IMG/VR virus record: IMGVR_UViG_3300028590_000018
Location: 1-57,403 of that record
Strand: one strand, 5' to 3'
Length of the DNA stretch: 57,403 bases
Source: a virus
Lineage: Duplodnaviria > Caudoviricetes
The notes under the pieces are model-generated. The model made no database searches, was not told the origin of the DNA, and worked only from the letters and a program-made list of their open reading frames with translations. Both the position numbers and the translations under genes were made by a program. This document shows positions 55,238 through 57,403 of the stretch, one piece after another (the stretch's first letter is position 1; every line of letters starts with the position of its first letter).

Positions 55238-55374
55238 TGCTCGACCTCGGCGTCGACCTCGAAGGCACGGCGGTCTCTCGGATCGCGGATCGCCGGTCGC
55301 CCGAGCGCGAAACCAGCCCACGCAATGTTGATGGCGACGATGACGATGAAGGCGACGATTACTGGTCCGGGCAT
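55234..55374 (-). CDS. 46-aa single-TM protein (not in ORF track)
   Basis: MPGPVIVAFIVIVAINIAWAGFALGRPAIRDPRDRRAFEVDAEVEQ. Confidence 0.65.
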   Translation of the reverse strand: MPGPVIVAFIVIVAINIAWAGFALGRPAIRDPRDRRAFEVDAEVEQ

Positions 55375-55607
55375 GGGCAGTACCCCTAGGCGCGTTGTTC
55401 GAATGTGGTTGTAGAAGCCCCCCGACGCCGGGGGTTCCGACGCCCTGGTCGGCTATGGCTACTCCGCTGACCAGGGCGCGCCCCACAATCGGGGTTCGGG
55501 GGCGAGGGGTTGTCCCGGCGTCGGGGCTCCCTGCGGATTGACGTTAAGACCTGATGACCATCTGAATGTTCGGAGATTGTTCGTTATTTCGGTGCTACGG
55601 TTGGGGC

Positions 55608-56771
55608 ATGCTCGAGAGTGACTCGGTGGGCGCACGCATCGCGCGCTACCGGAAAATGCGGGGGATGTCCCAACACCAGCTGGCCGCCGCGGCAGGCGTC
55701 AGCCGAAGCTTCCTGGCCCAGGTCGAATCCGGCGCGGGTATGGCCTCAACCACCTGGGTCGGCGCGGTCGCCCAAGCGCTGCGCATCGATGCGTCTCGCC
55801 TGTACTCCGATGAGGAGCAGGAGCAGACGCTCGACATCGTGCCGATCATTCGCCGAACATTGGCGGCGACCGACCTGATGGACGACGACGTCGAACCGGT
55901 CCCGCTGGAGCGGCTGCGTTCGCAGGTCGCCCAGGTAGGGCTGTGGCGGCGCGGCACCCAATACCGCAAGATCGCCCAAGTCCTTCCGGATCTGGTTGAC
56001 CACCTGCTGGTGTCCGGGCAGGAACACGGCCACCCTGCGTACGCGTTGCTGACCGACGCCTACCGTGCGGCGAACACGCTCAGCCACAAGATGGGGTACT
56101 CAGATCTCAGCCTCACCGCGACCGAGCGCATGGAGTGGGCGGCAACGAAATCCGGTGACCCGCTGCTGCTCGCGACCACCCACTACGTCAAGGCCGCGAC
56201 CTTGGCCAGGATCGGTGCGGGTAAGCAGGCCATGAAGCTGCTGACCCGATCAATGGCCGATATCGAACCGCTCGTCGACGAGGACGTCACCGCGGCGGCG
56301 GTGTACAGCACGCTGCACATGCGGGCCGGGACGATCGCGGCAACTCTCGCTGACGCTGACGCGTCCCGCTCCCATCTGGCTGAGGCGGCTCGGTTGGCGG
56401 AAGGCATCGGCGAGCGGGTCGTCTACGACACCGTCGTCGGGCCGACGAACGTGAAGCTGTACCAACTGTGCGCCGAGGTGGATCTGTGCAACCCAGAGCG
56501 AGGTGTGGAGATCGCGAAGAGCGTGCGCCTGCCGAAGGACATGGCGAGCGAACGCCAGACGTACTTCTGGCTGGATGCCGCTCGAGCGCACCTGCTCAAC
56601 CGCGATCCGGATTCGGCGATCGAGGCGTTGGCCGAGTCCCGGTCGGTCTCGCCGGAACACTTCCGTTCCTCGCCGACCGTTAAGGCGACCGTGCGCGCGG
56701 TGGCTGAGCAGCAGCGCCGCGCCAGTGACACTCTGCGATCGCTGGCGAACTCGGCGGGCGTAGCGGACTGA
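55608..56771 (+). CDS. XRE-HTH regulator with long alpha-helical (TPR-like) C-terminal domain
   Basis: IARYRKMRGMSQHQLAAAAGVSRSFLAQVESG; extended -10 TGcTACGGT 6 nt before ATG. Confidence 0.9.
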   Translation: MLESDSVGARIARYRKMRGMSQHQLAAAAGVSRSFLAQVESGAGMASTTWVGAVAQALRIDASRLYSDEEQEQTLDIVPIIRRTLAATDLMDDDVEPVPLERLRSQVAQVGLWRRGTQYRKIAQVLPDLVDHLLVSGQEHGHPAYALLTDAYRAANTLSHKMGYSDLSLTATERMEWAATKSGDPLLLATTHYVKAATLARIGAGKQAMKLLTRSMADIEPLVDEDVTAAAVYSTLHMRAGTIAATLADADASRSHLAEAARLAEGIGERVVYDTVVGPTNVKLYQLCAEVDLCNPERGVEIAKSVRLPKDMASERQTYFWLDAARAHLLNRDPDSAIEALAESRSVSPEHFRSSPTVKATVRAVAEQQRRASDTLRSLANSAGVAD

Positions 56772-57022
56772 TGCCCTTGCCGACCGAACCTGCGTTCTAC
56801 CGGGACGCCAACGGCCACCTGTGGTTACTCGATGAGGATCACCGGTGGATGCACGCCGCACGCCGCCTCAACGACGGCACGCTGTCGCCGGTGATGGGCC
56901 GGTTCACTGGCCGTATGACGCCGCAGCAGTTCGAGTACATGGCTACCGGTCCGAGTGTGGATGTGTTGCCGCTCGAGCGCGTTGAGGTGGACGATATTCC
57001 ACCAGAGGTAGAATCTCCCTGA
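56771..57022 (+). CDS. Hypothetical protein coupled to the regulator
   Basis: TGATG overlap; FYRDANGHLWLL. Confidence 0.7.
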   Translation: MPLPTEPAFYRDANGHLWLLDEDHRWMHAARRLNDGTLSPVMGRFTGRMTPQQFEYMATGPSVDVLPLERVEVDDIPPEVESP

Positions 57023-57051
57023 TAGCCAAGATGGTCCGTGGTGGAACTCGC

Positions 57052-57094
57052 GAAACCGCCCCCGAAGACTTCGGTCTTCGGGGGCGGTTTCTTT
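57052..57094. terminator. Bidirectional terminator
   Basis: GAAACCGCCCCCGAAGAC-ttcg-GTCTTCGGGGGCGGTTTC between convergent genes. Confidence 0.9.
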
Positions 57095-57104
57095 CCGTGT
57101 GAGG

Positions 57105-57403
57105 TCAGTTCGGGATCAGCGTCCAGGTGCCGCAGCCCTGGGTCTTGAACGCCTTATCAGTCGGCAGGATCGTCACCAACTGCTGGCCTGATTCCAGGCC
57201 GTTGTCGAGGATGGAACCGAACCCACCGGTGAGGTCCTTCATCCGTTCCCAGTAGCAGAACGATCCACCGGTGGCCTGCCAAGTGCCGGGCTCGATCTGT
57301 GTGCCGACCATGTATGTGCCGTCCTTGCGGATCGTGGTGGCCGGACCGGCTGGAGTGGTGGTTGCTGGCGTTGTGGTCGACGCCGTGGAGCGGGCGATGA
57401 CCG
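57105..57403 (-). CDS. 3' part of the junction-spanning membrane protein (actinobacterial lipoprotein-like domain)
   Basis: DGTYMVGTQIEPGTW...CYWER...FKTQGCGTW. Confidence 0.9.
   Translation of the reverse strand, partial: VIARSTASTTTPATTTPAGPATTIRKDGTYMVGTQIEPGTWQATGGSFCYWERMKDLTGGFGSILDNGLESGQQLVTILPTDKAFKTQGCGTWTLIPN

Noticed and set aside
57278-57403. Biological terminal repeat of the virion DNA
   Set aside because: It falls mid-gene, its length fits an assembler overlap, and HNH-terminase synteny points to ends near 28 kb

Overview
The window is an apparently complete, circularised temperate siphovirus genome of about 57.27 kb. It is GC-rich and of the Mycobacteriales type; a Nocardia-like host is inferred, not shown. 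Bases 12-137 repeat exactly as 57278-57403, and one membrane-protein gene reads across that junction. Gene order: attP (3' half of tRNA-Pro-TGG plus arm-type repeats), tyrosine integrase, a layered immunity region (repressor/cro switch, a second HTH, a relic duplicate module), excisionase and antirepressor, then about 50 small early/middle genes including RecE-like exonuclease, putative annealing protein, HNH, cytosine methylase, cutinase/LysB-like hydrolase, initiator with iterons, DnaB-like helicase, NrdH and RusA. A non-coding block follows with tRNA-Trp, an atypical long-arm tRNA-His and three structured RNA candidates. Then come HNH, terminase with the large subunit split in two, head and tail genes, a lysis cassette among the tail genes, an SGNH tail protein, and a right-arm accessory module (XRE-helical regulator, twin 42-aa peptides, lipoproteins). 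The strongest candidates for undescribed biology are (i) the tRNA-linked ncRNA block, (ii) arrays of small genes joined by conserved RBS/stop/start junction repeats, and (iii) the regulator plus twin-peptide module. All product calls come from motif recognition and synteny; no database search was run.
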